A stretch of DNA of 64,000 nt from Candidatus Latescibacterota bacterium (GCA_965206595.1 OZ242214.1:4480001-4544000), one strand, 5' to 3'. Positions 39,529 to 50,649 are shown, counted from the first letter of the stretch. Numbers and translations are program-made. The notes: generated by a model not told the origin, from the letters alone.

Positions 39529-39640
39529 GCAGGGGCGTTGACCTGAGCGATCGATCCTGGGACTGGCCGTGAGAATATCTCCGGTCCTCTCCGACCGCAT
39601 CCCCTTCAGACAGGCAAGCGCTTCCGGAACGGATATGGGA

Positions 39641-40450
39641 TCATCCCCGGTAGAGCCGTGAGCCTTTGTCCTCCCCCCGGTAGTGCGGTGCCGAGATGAC
39701 GGCCTTCTGGGCAGCGGTCAGTTCGTCGTAGAACGGCGGCGGTGTGTAAGTCCCCATCAGCGACTCACCCATGGCACCGGAGTTGTAGCGGATAATCACC
39801 GCACGCCGCTGGTGTTTGGCGGTCCACGGCAGTGCGCCGTGCATCAGGCATTCGACAAACAGGATGGCATCGCCAGCTTTCGCGGAAGGTGTGACGATCC
39901 GATCCTGATGCGTGTGATAGAGCCGGATATCGTCCGGGCACGGGAAGTTCGCCTTATGGCTTCCGGGCAGGCAGGCGAAGCCGCCATCTCCCGGCTCCAC
40001 ATCGGTCAACTGAACAGCCATGTTGGTCATGCCGCAGTACATGCGCCCGTTGCGATAGAGGAAACCCCGTGAACGGTCATGCGGCTCGCCCCCTTCGTGG
40101 AACCAGAAGCCCTCCGCTCCCTCGTCCATCGTGATGATGCCGAGCCCCTCGAGTCGGAATCCCGGTCCCAGCAACTCCTGCAGGTACGGCGTGAGTCGGG
40201 GGTGGGCGATCATTTCGCGGAACACATCGCAGTGGGGCTTTTCCCACGTCAGCATTCCGCCCAGATCGCCGCGCCCGGTAGTCCCGCGCAAGGTTGCCGA
40301 TTCGTTGGCGAGGTCGTTCTGACGGATGCCGATCTCACCTGCGTGGTGGTCGACTGCCGCATTCGCCGCCGCGACTTCCGCCGCTGGGAGGGCTGCTTCT
40401 ATCACCAGGTATCCGTGTACGTCGAACAGGTATTTTTCCGCTTCGGTCAT
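39641..40450 (-). CDS. PhyH family Fe(II)/2OG enzyme
   Basis: 'EKYLFDVHGYLVIE', 'GGFACLPGSHK', 'AGDAILFVECLMHG'. Confidence 0.85.
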   Translation of the reverse strand: MTEAEKYLFDVHGYLVIEAALPAAEVAAANAAVDHHAGEIGIRQNDLANESATLRGTTGRGDLGGMLTWEKPHCDVFREMIAHPRLTPYLQELLGPGFRLEGLGIITMDEGAEGFWFHEGGEPHDRSRGFLYRNGRMYCGMTNMAVQLTDVEPGDGGFACLPGSHKANFPCPDDIRLYHTHQDRIVTPSAKAGDAILFVECLMHGALPWTAKHQRRAVIIRYNSGAMGESLMGTYTPPPFYDELTAAQKAVISAPHYRGEDKGSRLYRG

Positions 40451-40667
40451 GTCTCGTTCCTCCCATTATCCTGCCGGACCGACAACTATGGTTTCATGTC
40501 TGTTTCGGGATCCGCAGTCAGTCCAGGAGAGGGTCCTCCTGCCACGACCCGGGCCCCGCGAGGGGCTGTGCCCGTGTAAAACTCGGGCGAAGAGCGGTCT
40601 CATCAACCGCTAGCACATTTCCGGCGGAGAGAATGGCAGCTGCCTCCGCCAGCGGACCGACCCCCGG

Positions 40668-41420
40668 TCACAGGTTTCCGTCCAGCCAGTCCGGCACTCC
40701 GGGCACCAGGTCTGCAAGCACCCGGCGACTGAGCACCAGGCCCCAGTGCGAGGAGTCGCGAACGACAACCTGGTCATCGGCCAGGCCGACCCCGCGATAA
40801 CTCGGCTCCGTCGGGTAGTAGCCGTCAAGCCCCCCCATGATTTCGAGCATCGGGCAGGGCATCTGCTCGATGAGAATCCCCCTGCGCCGCTGACATCCCA
40901 CCAACATCGACTCGCTGCACAGGGACGACTGGGCGATGCGCCGTTCTTCCACCGTCAGGTCGGGCATGTACGGCAACAGGAATGGATCGCCGTCCAGGGT
41001 GTAGCCGATCTCTGCCGGCGTTTGCACGCCGTAGACCATTTCCACGGACTCATCCACCCTGTCGGCCGGCGGGTCGGGGTCGAGCGCGACACATCCGGCG
41101 TACCCGCCCCGGGACGCGGCGATGACGGCGATGTGACCGCCCATGCTCCACCCCACCACGACCGGCGGGGCATCCAGCTGGCGGGCGACGGCGTTGACGT
41201 CGTCGACGTATTCGAAGATGCCGACCCGGGAAAGATCGACCGCGGCGCTGTCCCCGTGGCCCCGGAGATCGAGGTTGAAGGTCGGCCATCCCGCCTCGGC
41301 GAATGCCACCTCCCAGAAGGTCCAGACAGAACCTGACGTCCCCGCCCCGTGTACGAAGACGACCGGCGGCCTTCCGGTCGACCTGGACGGGACCCTGGCG
41401 GTAACGGAAATCACGGTCAT
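40668..41420 (-). CDS. Alpha/beta fold hydrolase
   Basis: 'VFVHG', 'DLRGHGDS', nucleophile elbow 'GWSMGG', 'SSHW'. Confidence 0.88.
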   Translation of the reverse strand: MTVISVTARVPSRSTGRPPVVFVHGAGTSGSVWTFWEVAFAEAGWPTFNLDLRGHGDSAAVDLSRVGIFEYVDDVNAVARQLDAPPVVVGWSMGGHIAVIAASRGGYAGCVALDPDPPADRVDESVEMVYGVQTPAEIGYTLDGDPFLLPYMPDLTVEERRIAQSSLCSESMLVGCQRRRGILIEQMPCPMLEIMGGLDGYYPTEPSYRGVGLADDQVVVRDSSHWGLVLSRRVLADLVPGVPDWLDGNL

Positions 41421-41591
41421 GCCGTTATCCTCCGAAATACGCGAGCGGATTGGTCGAGAAACCCGATCTCGCTTGGGAAAGTCGGAACGAATCGAGGAGG
41501 ATCATGAGGGGGAGGGAGCCAGCCCAACGTATGTGGGCCCCGTTCGAGGCGCCGCAAAGGGACCGGATCACGGCGCAGCCGGTCCTGAAAT

Positions 41592-43769
41592 TCAGAAGCG
41601 GGAACTGACGGTAACGCGAAAGCTCCGGGAAGCTCCCGGGTTGCGCTCCTGGATGTCGACGTATTCGGCCTGAAGCAGGTTGGCGACCTTGGTCCACAGG
41701 TCAATGCCCATGACCCTGAAATTCAGCCGCAGGTCCACCACCGTGAAAGCGCCGCGCTCGTCGAACGGGTAGACGAGGACCACCTCCGGCCGGCTGCGGT
41801 AGCGCACGTCGAAGGCGACCGCATCGTCCCAGCCGGAAAAGGTCGCGGTGACGATATGGCGCGACCGGTAGGCGAGTTGCCCGCCCGTGCGAAGGTCCTC
41901 GGAATCGATGAAGAGGTAGTTGGTCTGCACATTGAGCTTGTCGGGGACCAGTCCCGCGCGCAGGCCGGTGTCGATACCCCTGACCCTGGCTTCGACAAGG
42001 TTCCGGAACTGAAAGGCGATTTTCTTCTTGCCTTCCGGGCCAGCCACCATGACTGGCACCACCTCGATCAGGCCGGAGTATTCGCTCCAGAAGAGCCCCG
42101 CGTCGAGCCAGAGCCGGTCGCTGGGACTCGCCGTGGCCCCGATCTCGCCTGCCCAGGCGGATTCGCCGCGCAACGCCAGATTCTGAACGACGCGAAACCC
42201 GAACACCGTCGTCGAGGAGAACTGCTCCGAGACGCTCGGGGCCCGGTACCCACGGCTCAGCGAAGTCCGCAGGCTCAGGCGGTCGAAGGGATGGTAGACG
42301 AGGCCGATCTTGGGATTGAGCGCAAGGTCGCTTTCGACGAACGACGCCCTGTGCATGTCGAAGCGGATCCCGACCGAACCCTGCAACCGCTGGGAAAACT
42401 CGATCTCGTCCTGACCGAACAGCGCCAGGTCGGTCACGTTCGGGTTCGGTTCCAGGAAGTTCGACGCCACCCCGGTGTAGGCCGCCTCTCCGCCGACCGT
42501 CACCGTGTGCCGAATACCCGTGAACAGGGAAAGCTGAAGATCGGTGCCGTAGCGGGTGGAGCTGTGGAAATCATCGTTGTCGTGAAAGTGATTCCGCGAA
42601 CGGAAATGCAGGATCTGGGGCCGCAGCTCGAGCTTGACCTTTGGCGTGACAACCGGGGTGGCCGTAAGACCGACGATCAGGTCCGACTCCCGCTTCGAGT
42701 CACCCAGGTAGGCTGGATCGACTTCGAGCCGGCGATTCTTGGACCGCCAGGTGAAGAACTCCTCCACGTCCTCGCGCTTCCAGTTCGCAAACAGCTTCCA
42801 GGGGGTCGCCGACTTCGCCCCGAAAATCGCTTTGGCGCGCAGGCGCCATCCGTCCACCTTGCCGTTCTGGCGAAAGCCGGCGGAGCCCTCGCGCCCCGCG
42901 AACAGCGTGGTGTGGGCGCTGCCGACCTTGCGGGAATGCTGGAGCTGAATTCCCTGTATGCTGAGACGTTCGTCGGAGAAGGCCAGGTGGTCGCCCGGGG
43001 TATCGAAGAGGCCGTAGTACCCGCGCACCGTGGTTTGGGTTTCCCCCAGCGGCGGCCTCGTGATCACGTTCACGACGCCCCCCATGGCGTTGGTGCCCCA
43101 GAGCGTCGAGTGCGGCCCCTTGACGATTTCGATGCGTTCCACGTCCAGGGTCGGGAGGATCCCGAAGTCGACGGACGAGCCCACTCCAGCCAGGGTCCGG
43201 TGGCCGTCGAGAAGCATGAGCACCCTGCTGCCCACGCCGCGCGACAACCCGCTGGAACCGCGGATGTCCATCTGGCCGGCGTTGAAGGTCACGCCCTGCG
43301 CGAAGGGAAGGGCCTCGGTGAGGTTGGCGACGCTTCGCCGCTCCAGCTCGTGGCCGCTGATCACGGCGACGCTTGTCGGAGCGTCACCCGGGTGGGTCCC
43401 CCGGTTCGCCGTAACGGTCAGGCCCGGCGCCTCGAAGAAGAGCCGCTCCAGCGCGAAGCGCAGCGGACCTTCCTTCTCCGCGGCGGACGACTCGACCCCG
43501 CGCTCGGCCGTACGGAACCCCTCGGCCACCACGACCAGAGTGTAGCCCCCGCCGCCGGGCAGATCGATCTCGAAGCGCCCGTCCTCTCCCGATGAAGTCC
43601 ACAAGTGCGTCGAGCGCACCAGCACATCCGCGCCGAAGACCGGCTCCCCGGTCCCGGCATTAACGACGATGCCGCGGATCGTCGCCGACTCCTGCGCATC
43701 CAGCCAAAAGGGCGCCAGGAGCGCGGCCAGGGGAATCCACGCGGATCGGATGCGGGCGGGCAAAGCCAT
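41592..43769 (-). CDS. TonB-dependent outer-membrane receptor
   Basis: N-terminal carboxypeptidase-regulatory-like domain, plug 'IRGS...ERIEIVKGPHSTLWGTNAMGGVVNVIT', 'YRAP', terminal Phe. Confidence 0.92.
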   Translation of the reverse strand: MALPARIRSAWIPLAALLAPFWLDAQESATIRGIVVNAGTGEPVFGADVLVRSTHLWTSSGEDGRFEIDLPGGGGYTLVVVAEGFRTAERGVESSAAEKEGPLRFALERLFFEAPGLTVTANRGTHPGDAPTSVAVISGHELERRSVANLTEALPFAQGVTFNAGQMDIRGSSGLSRGVGSRVLMLLDGHRTLAGVGSSVDFGILPTLDVERIEIVKGPHSTLWGTNAMGGVVNVITRPPLGETQTTVRGYYGLFDTPGDHLAFSDERLSIQGIQLQHSRKVGSAHTTLFAGREGSAGFRQNGKVDGWRLRAKAIFGAKSATPWKLFANWKREDVEEFFTWRSKNRRLEVDPAYLGDSKRESDLIVGLTATPVVTPKVKLELRPQILHFRSRNHFHDNDDFHSSTRYGTDLQLSLFTGIRHTVTVGGEAAYTGVASNFLEPNPNVTDLALFGQDEIEFSQRLQGSVGIRFDMHRASFVESDLALNPKIGLVYHPFDRLSLRTSLSRGYRAPSVSEQFSSTTVFGFRVVQNLALRGESAWAGEIGATASPSDRLWLDAGLFWSEYSGLIEVVPVMVAGPEGKKKIAFQFRNLVEARVRGIDTGLRAGLVPDKLNVQTNYLFIDSEDLRTGGQLAYRSRHIVTATFSGWDDAVAFDVRYRSRPEVVLVYPFDERGAFTVVDLRLNFRVMGIDLWTKVANLLQAEYVDIQERNPGASRSFRVTVSSRF

Positions 43770-44029
43770 CCTACCGCCACTCCCGAATATTCCAGACGGC
43801 AAGCGAGGATTCTGTGACATCGGCGGCCAGAGAATTGCCGTCGAGGGTGCTGGTGCCCTTTGTCTCCAGATGCAGCACGCAATGCTCCAAACTGTGAGTC
43901 GGGTTCAAGGCGGTGCGCCACCCCTGCTCCGCGCACCTTTGAACAGGAAAATAAGGCACCTTTCCGGGCCCTCCATCAATAAAATGGCGTCGGATCGGGG
44001 CCGGATCCTCCAGACCGGCGGAGTTCAAC

Positions 44030-44827
44030 TCATGCCGAGTGCGACATTGAGGCCTGCACAATATCTCGTGCCCTCACCAGTTCATCGCGGCTTTTGTAGT
44101 ACTCCAGGACGAAACAGGGGACCTGAGTCCATTCCTGCAGCGCGCCGATATAGGCCGGATAATCCAGACATCCCGACCCCGTCGGCCCGTAGCCGGCGAC
44201 CTCGCCGTTCCCGGCGAAGCGGGCGTCCTTGCCGTGGGCGATGGCGATATCGGGGCCGAGCATCCGCACCGCGCGCACCAGCGGGGTGCGGTCGGGCGCG
44301 AAGTTCGCCGCGTCCATGCAGACTTTGAGTGCCGCGGACCCCACCCGGTCCCGCACCCGCAAAAAGCGCTCCGCACCGTCGATGCTCCCCGCCCGCGTCA
44401 TTTCCACGGCGATGACCACGCCCAATCTCTCCGCGGCCGCGCAGGCCGTCCCCAGCCCTGTGCACAGCCCCTCGAACACCGCCCGGTCGTCGACGCCCTC
44501 CTCCGGATACTCCGACGGATGCCACACAAGCACCGGCCGCGCGTTGTCGCCGAAACGCCCGTCGAGGGCTGCGGTCTTCTCCAGGCAGCGCACCAGCCTT
44601 GCGACATCCCCCCCGATCACCCCCTTCGCCCCGACCAGATCGACGTGCAAGGTCATCGCCGCCAGCACGATACCGGCCGCCTGCAGCAGTTTGTCGATAT
44701 CTTCCGCCGACGGATCTTTCGCATCCCCGTCCGCTCCCCCGCCGAAAAACATCTGCACCGCCTCGAATCCCTCGGACCGCATCTCTGCCGGCGACAACAG
44801 GTCTCCTGCCATCAACCCAAGTTTCAC
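44030..44827 (-). CDS. Sugar phosphate isomerase/epimerase (xylose-isomerase-like TIM barrel)
   Basis: 'IAVE', 'CMDAAN', 'AHGKD', 'G.G.LDY', 'VLEY'. Confidence 0.82.
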   Translation of the reverse strand: MKLGLMAGDLLSPAEMRSEGFEAVQMFFGGGADGDAKDPSAEDIDKLLQAAGIVLAAMTLHVDLVGAKGVIGGDVARLVRCLEKTAALDGRFGDNARPVLVWHPSEYPEEGVDDRAVFEGLCTGLGTACAAAERLGVVIAVEMTRAGSIDGAERFLRVRDRVGSAALKVCMDAANFAPDRTPLVRAVRMLGPDIAIAHGKDARFAGNGEVAGYGPTGSGCLDYPAYIGALQEWTQVPCFVLEYYKSRDELVRARDIVQASMSHSA

Positions 44828-45045
44828 GGTTGCCTCCTTCCAGAATTTCGAGCAAGCGGCGGGTTCAACTCCCTTCCGCTTCTGTTTGAAACAACGAGCC
44901 GACACCGGATCGGTCAGGCACGACGATCCTCAGACGACCGCCTCAGGCCGAGCATGGGCGGAGCTCGGAATAACACAACACCCGGGCGGGCATGGCCACC
45001 CACTCCAGCCGATGACCGCGGGACCCCTCGAAACTTCAGGTCCCG

Positions 45046-45361
45046 TCAGCCCAAGTATCTCTGGATGCCGACGACCATCGCGATGGTCAGGGCGGACAAG
45101 AGTGCGACCCCGACGAGCACGATGGTCAGGGTCTTGCCGATAAACAGCCAGATCCCCAAGCCCATCAAAATGGTCACTGCTCCGAGAAGGAAAAGCATCA
45201 GCCCGACCCAGCGGCCCAAACCCCTCCCTGTCCGCCACCCGGTTCGGGTCGAGACCGGCGATCAGCCCGAACTGTTTCCTGCCCCTGATCAGATAGGCGA
45301 TGACAAAGAGGGGCAGGGCAGAGAGCAGCATGACGAGGAAGATGAAAATGCCTGACTCCAT
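45046..45361 (-). CDS. Small membrane protein (DUF3784-like), probably frameshifted
   Basis: 'IAYLIRGRKQFGLIAGLD'; hydrophobic continuation in another frame. Confidence 0.45.
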
Positions 45362-45377
45362 GGGAGTGTCCTCTCGG

Positions 45378-46259
45378 TCAGAGATCCCTTCTTCTCATGC
45401 TGACGAAAGCAGTCAGGAGAAAAATGGTGCTGTAGGCGAGCGCCACCACGGCCAGTAGCTCGAAATCGTGGAATTCCAGCAGCGGCCGGCTCTGCTCGGC
45501 GCGCATTGCGTTTTCCAGCGCCAGCATTTCCGGGTAGTGCAGCCGGCGATCCGCGAGCTCCTCGAACACCTTGGCCGGGAGGAAAGCGAGTGCGGAGTGC
45601 AGAGCCTCACTCGCCTCGGCCAGCACCTGTGACAGGATCTTCTCCACGAGCAGGTACACGAACAGGATCCCCATGGCCGCTCCCGAAGAGCGCAGCAGCG
45701 CCGCCAGCATGAACGCCCCGCTTCCCCACAGCAGCAGCCCCAGCCCGCAGGCGAGCATGTAGTTGAAGTCGCCGAGCCTTATGAGCGGCCAACCGCTTTC
45801 GCCCGGGCTGACCAGCGCGGCGGCTCCCCCGATGGCGATGGGCAGGACGAGGAAAAGCGCCACCAGGATGGCGAGCAGGATGAGCTTCCCTGCGTAGAAG
45901 CGCTCCTTGCTGAGACCGTCGATGACGTTCTGCCGCGCGGTCCGCCACGAGAACTCCGGGGCGAACAGGAGAATCATCGTCACCCCGAGGAAGAACGGCC
46001 CGATATTGGCGGGAACCTGGAGGATCTCCGGCCAGGCGCCGGGGAGCGAAAACGAAGGGTGGGGGCTGCGAATCGCGTTGTGCACGCCGTGTGCGATGAA
46101 GATCGCATTTACCGCGGCGAAGATCCCGGCCGTCACCCAGAAGGCCAGGCGCCTGGTCGTCTTGAGCGCCTCGATCCGTATCAGCACCCCGAGGATCCGG
46201 AGACGGAGGCCCCCGTCAGGTCCGGGCGGCGATGAATCCCCTGGGGCGGCCCCGGTCAC
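45378..46259 (-). CDS. ABC-2 type exporter permease
   Basis: About six TM segments, 'PEFSWRTARQ', C-terminal 'RRRDL'; GTGA overlap with the ATPase stop codon. Confidence 0.85.
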   Translation of the reverse strand: MTGAAPGDSSPPGPDGGLRLRILGVLIRIEALKTTRRLAFWVTAGIFAAVNAIFIAHGVHNAIRSPHPSFSLPGAWPEILQVPANIGPFFLGVTMILLFAPEFSWRTARQNVIDGLSKERFYAGKLILLAILVALFLVLPIAIGGAAALVSPGESGWPLIRLGDFNYMLACGLGLLLWGSGAFMLAALLRSSGAAMGILFVYLLVEKILSQVLAEASEALHSALAFLPAKVFEELADRRLHYPEMLALENAMRAEQSRPLLEFHDFELLAVVALAYSTIFLLTAFVSMRRRDL

Positions 46260-47194
46260 GACGCGATCTCCGTCATGGAGTCGAAGTCTCCCTCGGTCAG
46301 GTCGATGAAGGCTTCTTCGAGGCTCTGGCGGTGCGGGGCGAGGTGGGATACGTGGATCCCCCGACCGGCCAGGTAGCGGTTCAGGCCGGAGAGGTCGTCC
46401 GACTTCAGGGTCACGACGACCCCGTCCTCGGACTGGCGCACCGAAGTCGCCTCGGAGTAGCCCTGCAGCACCGCGGCGAGCGCGTCTTCGTCTTCTGCTC
46501 GCAGCAGGGCGGCGATGCCGCCGCCCACGACCTCCTCGACGGTCCCGGTGGCGACGATCCTCCCCTTGCGCACGATGGAGACGTGGGTGCAAGTGCGCTC
46601 CACCTCCCACAGCAAGTGGCTGGAGAGAAAGATGGTCTTCCCCCGGTCCGCCAGGATGCGGATGACCTCGCGGATCTCCCGCATGCCCTGGGGGTCCAGG
46701 CCGTTGGCGGGCTCGTCGAGGACGACCAGCTCGGGGTCGTTGAGCATGGTGGCGGCCAGGGCGAGGCGCTGCTTCATGCCCAGCGAGTAGGTGCGGAAGC
46801 GGTCTCTGGCGCGGTCCGCCAGGCCGACCAGCTCCAGGCACTCTTCGATGCGCGGGCGGCCCACCCCCTTCACCGCAGCGGCGACGCGGAGGTTGTCGCG
46901 TCCGCTCATGTAGGGGTAGAAGTTGGGCGTCTCCAGGGTGGCGCCGACGCGGGCGCGGGCGGCGACCAGGTCCCGGGGCTCGGAGGCCCCGAAGAGCCGG
47001 AAGCTCCCGCCGGTGGGGTTGATGATCCCCATGAGCATGCCGATGGTGGTGGTCTTGCCGCTCCCGTTCGGCCCGAGGAAGCCGAAGACCTGGCCCCGCT
47101 CCACGGCGAAGGAGACCTGGTCCACGGCCAGCACGGACTCGCCGCGCCGGGTACCGTACCGTTTGCTGAGGTCGAAGGTTTCGATGACGCTCAT
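46256..47194 (-). CDS. ABC exporter ATP-binding protein
   Basis: Walker A GPNGSGKT, signature 'YSLGMKQR', Walker B 'VVLDEP', H-loop 'SSH'. Confidence 0.93.
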   Translation of the reverse strand: MSVIETFDLSKRYGTRRGESVLAVDQVSFAVERGQVFGFLGPNGSGKTTTIGMLMGIINPTGGSFRLFGASEPRDLVAARARVGATLETPNFYPYMSGRDNLRVAAAVKGVGRPRIEECLELVGLADRARDRFRTYSLGMKQRLALAATMLNDPELVVLDEPANGLDPQGMREIREVIRILADRGKTIFLSSHLLWEVERTCTHVSIVRKGRIVATGTVEEVVGGGIAALLRAEDEDALAAVLQGYSEATSVRQSEDGVVVTLKSDDLSGLNRYLAGRGIHVSHLAPHRQSLEEAFIDLTEGDFDSMTEIAS

Positions 47195-47346
47195 GGGATT
47201 GACGATAGGGGGGCGGGTCCGGGCTGACAACATCCAAGGATCATTGCTTCATTTGGGGGGCGTGTCCACCCGATCTGTTTCGTCCGACAGGCAAGCCATC
47301 ATCGTGGTTTTCCCGACAGCGCGTTTGAAAGCCTGATCCTCCCCGC

Positions 47347-49308
47347 ATGAGCGCTTCGCTCAATCCCCGCCCGGATAGCCAGCCGAAGTCGGCCTTCAGC
47401 TGGAAGGGCCTGCTTGTCGGCGCTCTCCTCTCCCTGTTCATCGGCATCGCCGCGCCGTACGGGGCCATCATCCTGCGGGGATCCTGGTGGGGATTCAACA
47501 GCTCCTCGCCGGGTGCCATCTGCAGCTTCTTCGTCCTCACCTTCGGCGTCAACGTGCTGGTCGGCCTGATCGGCCGGCAGCACTCCCTGAAGAAGGCGGA
47601 CCTGGTGATGGTGTACGCCATGCTGTTGATGGCGGTGAGTGTGTCGATCGCCTTCGTCGGCTACCTGATACCCCACATCAGCGGCGTCTACTACTACGCC
47701 ACAGCCGAAAACAACTGGTCCGGGATCTTCTTTCCCCACATCCCGAAATGGCTGGCGCCGCAGGACTCCGAGGCCGTCAAAGATCTTTACGAAGGCCTGC
47801 CTCCCGGAGCGGGCATGCCCTGGGAGGCCTGGTTGAAACCGCTGGCCTGCTGGTACGGCTTCTACCTGGTGCTCAGTTTCACCATGATCTGCATGGGTGT
47901 GGTCCTGCGCAGGCAGTGGTCGCACCACGAGCGGCTCGCCTATCCGATGACGCAGCTGCCCATCCAGATGATCGAGGGAATGGACGGGCCGCTGACCCGC
48001 ATCCCCCCATTCTTCAAAAACAGGATGATGTGGCTCGGCTTCCTGCTGCCTTTCAGCCTGCTCAGCCTGAGCGGGATGAGCCACTACATCCCCGAGGTTC
48101 CGGACGTGCCTTTCTTCCTGGGGGACCTCCGGCTCTTCGACGTTGTCCGCCTCGAGTTCGCGTTCAGCTGCGCCTGGGTCGGCTTCTCCTACCTCGTGCA
48201 TCTCAACGTCACCTTCAGCATCTGGTGCTTCTATCTGCTGGGCAAGGTTCAGGACGGCCTGTTCCATACCCTCGGGGTCTCCAGTAGCGAACAGCTCAGC
48301 CTCTACTCTTATGCGCAGTCAGCGGACCTGACCCACCAGCAAATGGGAGCCTGCCTGATCTTCGTGCTCTACGGTCTGTGGATTGCGCGGCCACACCTGC
48401 GCCGGGTGTGGGACAAGGTCAGGCGCAGCGACGGGATCGACGATTCGGACGAGGCGCTGCCGTACAGGTTCGCCGTTCTCGGCTTCTTTGGAGGCCTGCT
48501 CCTTGCCGGAGTCTGGCTGTGGGCTTCCGGTATTCCGCTGATCGTGCTGCCGGTGTTCCTGGGAGTCTGCCTGGTCTTCTACCTGGTGGTAACGCGGGTC
48601 GTGGCCACAGCCGGGCTGGCGACAGCCCGGGCGCCCATGGTATCGGCGTTCTTCGTGATTTCCGGGATGGGCACCTCCCTGATCGGCACCAAGGGCCTGG
48701 TGGCCCTGACCTTCACCTACGTCTGGCAGGCGGACATGCGCGTCTTCCCCATGGTGGCCTGCGCCAACGCACTCAAGCTGGCCGAAAGCATCCCGGGACC
48801 CAAGGGTCGGCTGTTCTGGGGCATGCTCGCCGCCGTCGTTTGCGGACTGGCGGGAGCGACCTGGATCATCCTGAGCACCGCGTACGCGGAAGGCGGCATC
48901 AACCTCCACAGCTTTTTCATGAGTCACCTGCCGCAGCGAACCTTCGTCGACATGGCCCGGCCGATTCTGAACCCTACCGGGCCGGACGCGCGCGGCTGGC
49001 TTTTCACCGGGATCGGGGCCGCTTTCGAGGGATTCCTCATGCTGGCGCAGAAGCGGTTTCACTGGTGGCCGCTGCACCCCCTGGGGCCCGTCGTCGGTAT
49101 CGGCTGGCTCACCGGACAGATCTGGTTTTCCGTCTTCACCGCCTGGCTGGTGAAGCTGGTGATTGTCAAGTACGGAGGCCCTCGACTCTTCGACCGGGCA
49201 AAGCCGTTTTTCCTGGGGTTGATTCTGGGGGAGGCGGTGGTGTCAGGGACGTGGCTGCTGATCGACTTCCTGATGGGGGAAAGCGGCAATCACATTACGG
49301 GGATGTAG
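47347..49308 (+). CDS. DUF6785/DUF6784-type polytopic membrane protein (putative transporter)
   Basis: 653 aa, many TM segments, 'LRRQWSHHERLAYP', 'WWPLHPLG', 'KPFFLGLILGE'. Confidence 0.8.
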   Translation: MSASLNPRPDSQPKSAFSWKGLLVGALLSLFIGIAAPYGAIILRGSWWGFNSSSPGAICSFFVLTFGVNVLVGLIGRQHSLKKADLVMVYAMLLMAVSVSIAFVGYLIPHISGVYYYATAENNWSGIFFPHIPKWLAPQDSEAVKDLYEGLPPGAGMPWEAWLKPLACWYGFYLVLSFTMICMGVVLRRQWSHHERLAYPMTQLPIQMIEGMDGPLTRIPPFFKNRMMWLGFLLPFSLLSLSGMSHYIPEVPDVPFFLGDLRLFDVVRLEFAFSCAWVGFSYLVHLNVTFSIWCFYLLGKVQDGLFHTLGVSSSEQLSLYSYAQSADLTHQQMGACLIFVLYGLWIARPHLRRVWDKVRRSDGIDDSDEALPYRFAVLGFFGGLLLAGVWLWASGIPLIVLPVFLGVCLVFYLVVTRVVATAGLATARAPMVSAFFVISGMGTSLIGTKGLVALTFTYVWQADMRVFPMVACANALKLAESIPGPKGRLFWGMLAAVVCGLAGATWIILSTAYAEGGINLHSFFMSHLPQRTFVDMARPILNPTGPDARGWLFTGIGAAFEGFLMLAQKRFHWWPLHPLGPVVGIGWLTGQIWFSVFTAWLVKLVIVKYGGPRLFDRAKPFFLGLILGEAVVSGTWLLIDFLMGESGNHITGM

Positions 49309-49383
49309 CCGATGACGGCCATAGCGGAGATTCAGCAGGCGGTCATGAACCTTTCCAAATCCGACTGTGACCGAGGCCCTGGC

Positions 49384-50519
49384 TCACCGAATACGACCGG
49401 GAAGAGTGGGATCGGCAGATCTATGTTGCACCGAGACCTCCACCCAGGTGATCTCGAATTCTTCCTCGCCTTTCACTTCGACCAGGTTGTATCCGTCGCT
49501 GAGGGCTTCGGGGGGCACGTGGTAAGCCTGGCGTTGCGGTTGCTCCTCCGGCCATGCGGACTCGCGGATGTGCGCTGCTTCGACGATACCCGACCACGAA
49601 CAGGGCGTATCGTTGAGCAGCACTTCCAGCGGCTCATCCCGGTCTGTCGCGACGAGCTCGATGCGGGTGTCCTGCCGGTCCGTCGGAAGCGGACCGATGT
49701 GAATGCGGAAGAACCCGTGCCTGCCGCTGCAGGAAAGCGCACTGTCGGCGCCCGGCCTGAGTCGATACCGTCTTCCAGGTGGACGGCGACGGAAGCCCGT
49801 GCCGTCGGGCGATCCAGGGAGTTGACGGTACGCGAACGTCGAGCTCGACCGGGTGCCCCAGGCGCGTCGCGGCCCGGTCCGTCGCCTGCCGCGCTCGCTG
49901 CACGAGAGCCGTCATCAAGGCCACCCCCCGATGCCCGCGCCCCTCGCGGAAGTAGAGCCAGAAGCGCAGAAAATCGAGCTCGAGACCATCGAGGTCGTAA
50001 CGCTCGCACACTTTCCTCGATCAGCTTGACGTAGTGCTCGCGCACTCCGGGCTGTTCGTAGTCCAGGCCGTAGCTCAGACGCCATTCCGGGTGCGACTTC
50101 CACAGGGTGCTGTGACTCGGGTGGCCGGGAAGGTTCGGACTATGGTCGTCGTTCATCCTCAATAGAGATCCACGCCTTTGCCTGTTCCGCCTGGCGCCAT
50201 CGATCATCCGTTCCGGGTAGTCGCAACCCTGGTCGTGCAGCGCCAGCATGTTCTTGAAGAGCTCCGTCTCGAATCGGCGCTGCGGGTCGAGACCGTCAAA
50301 GAACGGCTGCTCGTCACCGGGGGCGGGATCGTACCCGTCCCAGTACGCCTCCCAGACCGAGCTGCGGTAGTTGGTGCGCTTGGCATTGACGTTGATGAAC
50401 AGGTCCGTGATCCCGAGGGCGGCGTGTTCGTCCGTGAACGCGTCGATCGTCCCGGGAAGATTCGGACCGAACGTGCCGACGAAGAACTCGGTACAATCGA
50501 GGTTATAGATCACCCGCAT
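49384..50519 (-). pseudogene. Glycoside-hydrolase-like (GHL10-type TIM barrel) gene with frameshifts/deletion
   Basis: 'VIYNLDC', 'RMNDDH', 'LDYEQPGVREH', 'YDLDGLELDFLR' spread across three frames. Confidence 0.62.
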
Positions 50520-50649
50520 GGTCTTCGGCTCCGCTTCACCGGTTCTACGGCGCAAACGGTGTCATTGGGACGGACTGCGGCAAGCGCCATCCATGGGTCG
50601 AATCACAGATGCCTTGTGGAAGCAGGTGGGTCCTATCTGTAATCGGCGG

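Noticed and set aside
49312-50034. 240-aa ORF as a real gene
   Set aside because: Only the first ~110 bp ('MTAIAEIQQAV...' then 'EYDREEWDRQI' in a shifted frame) look like a small gene remnant; the rest is antisense to the glycoside-hydrolase-like pseudogene.
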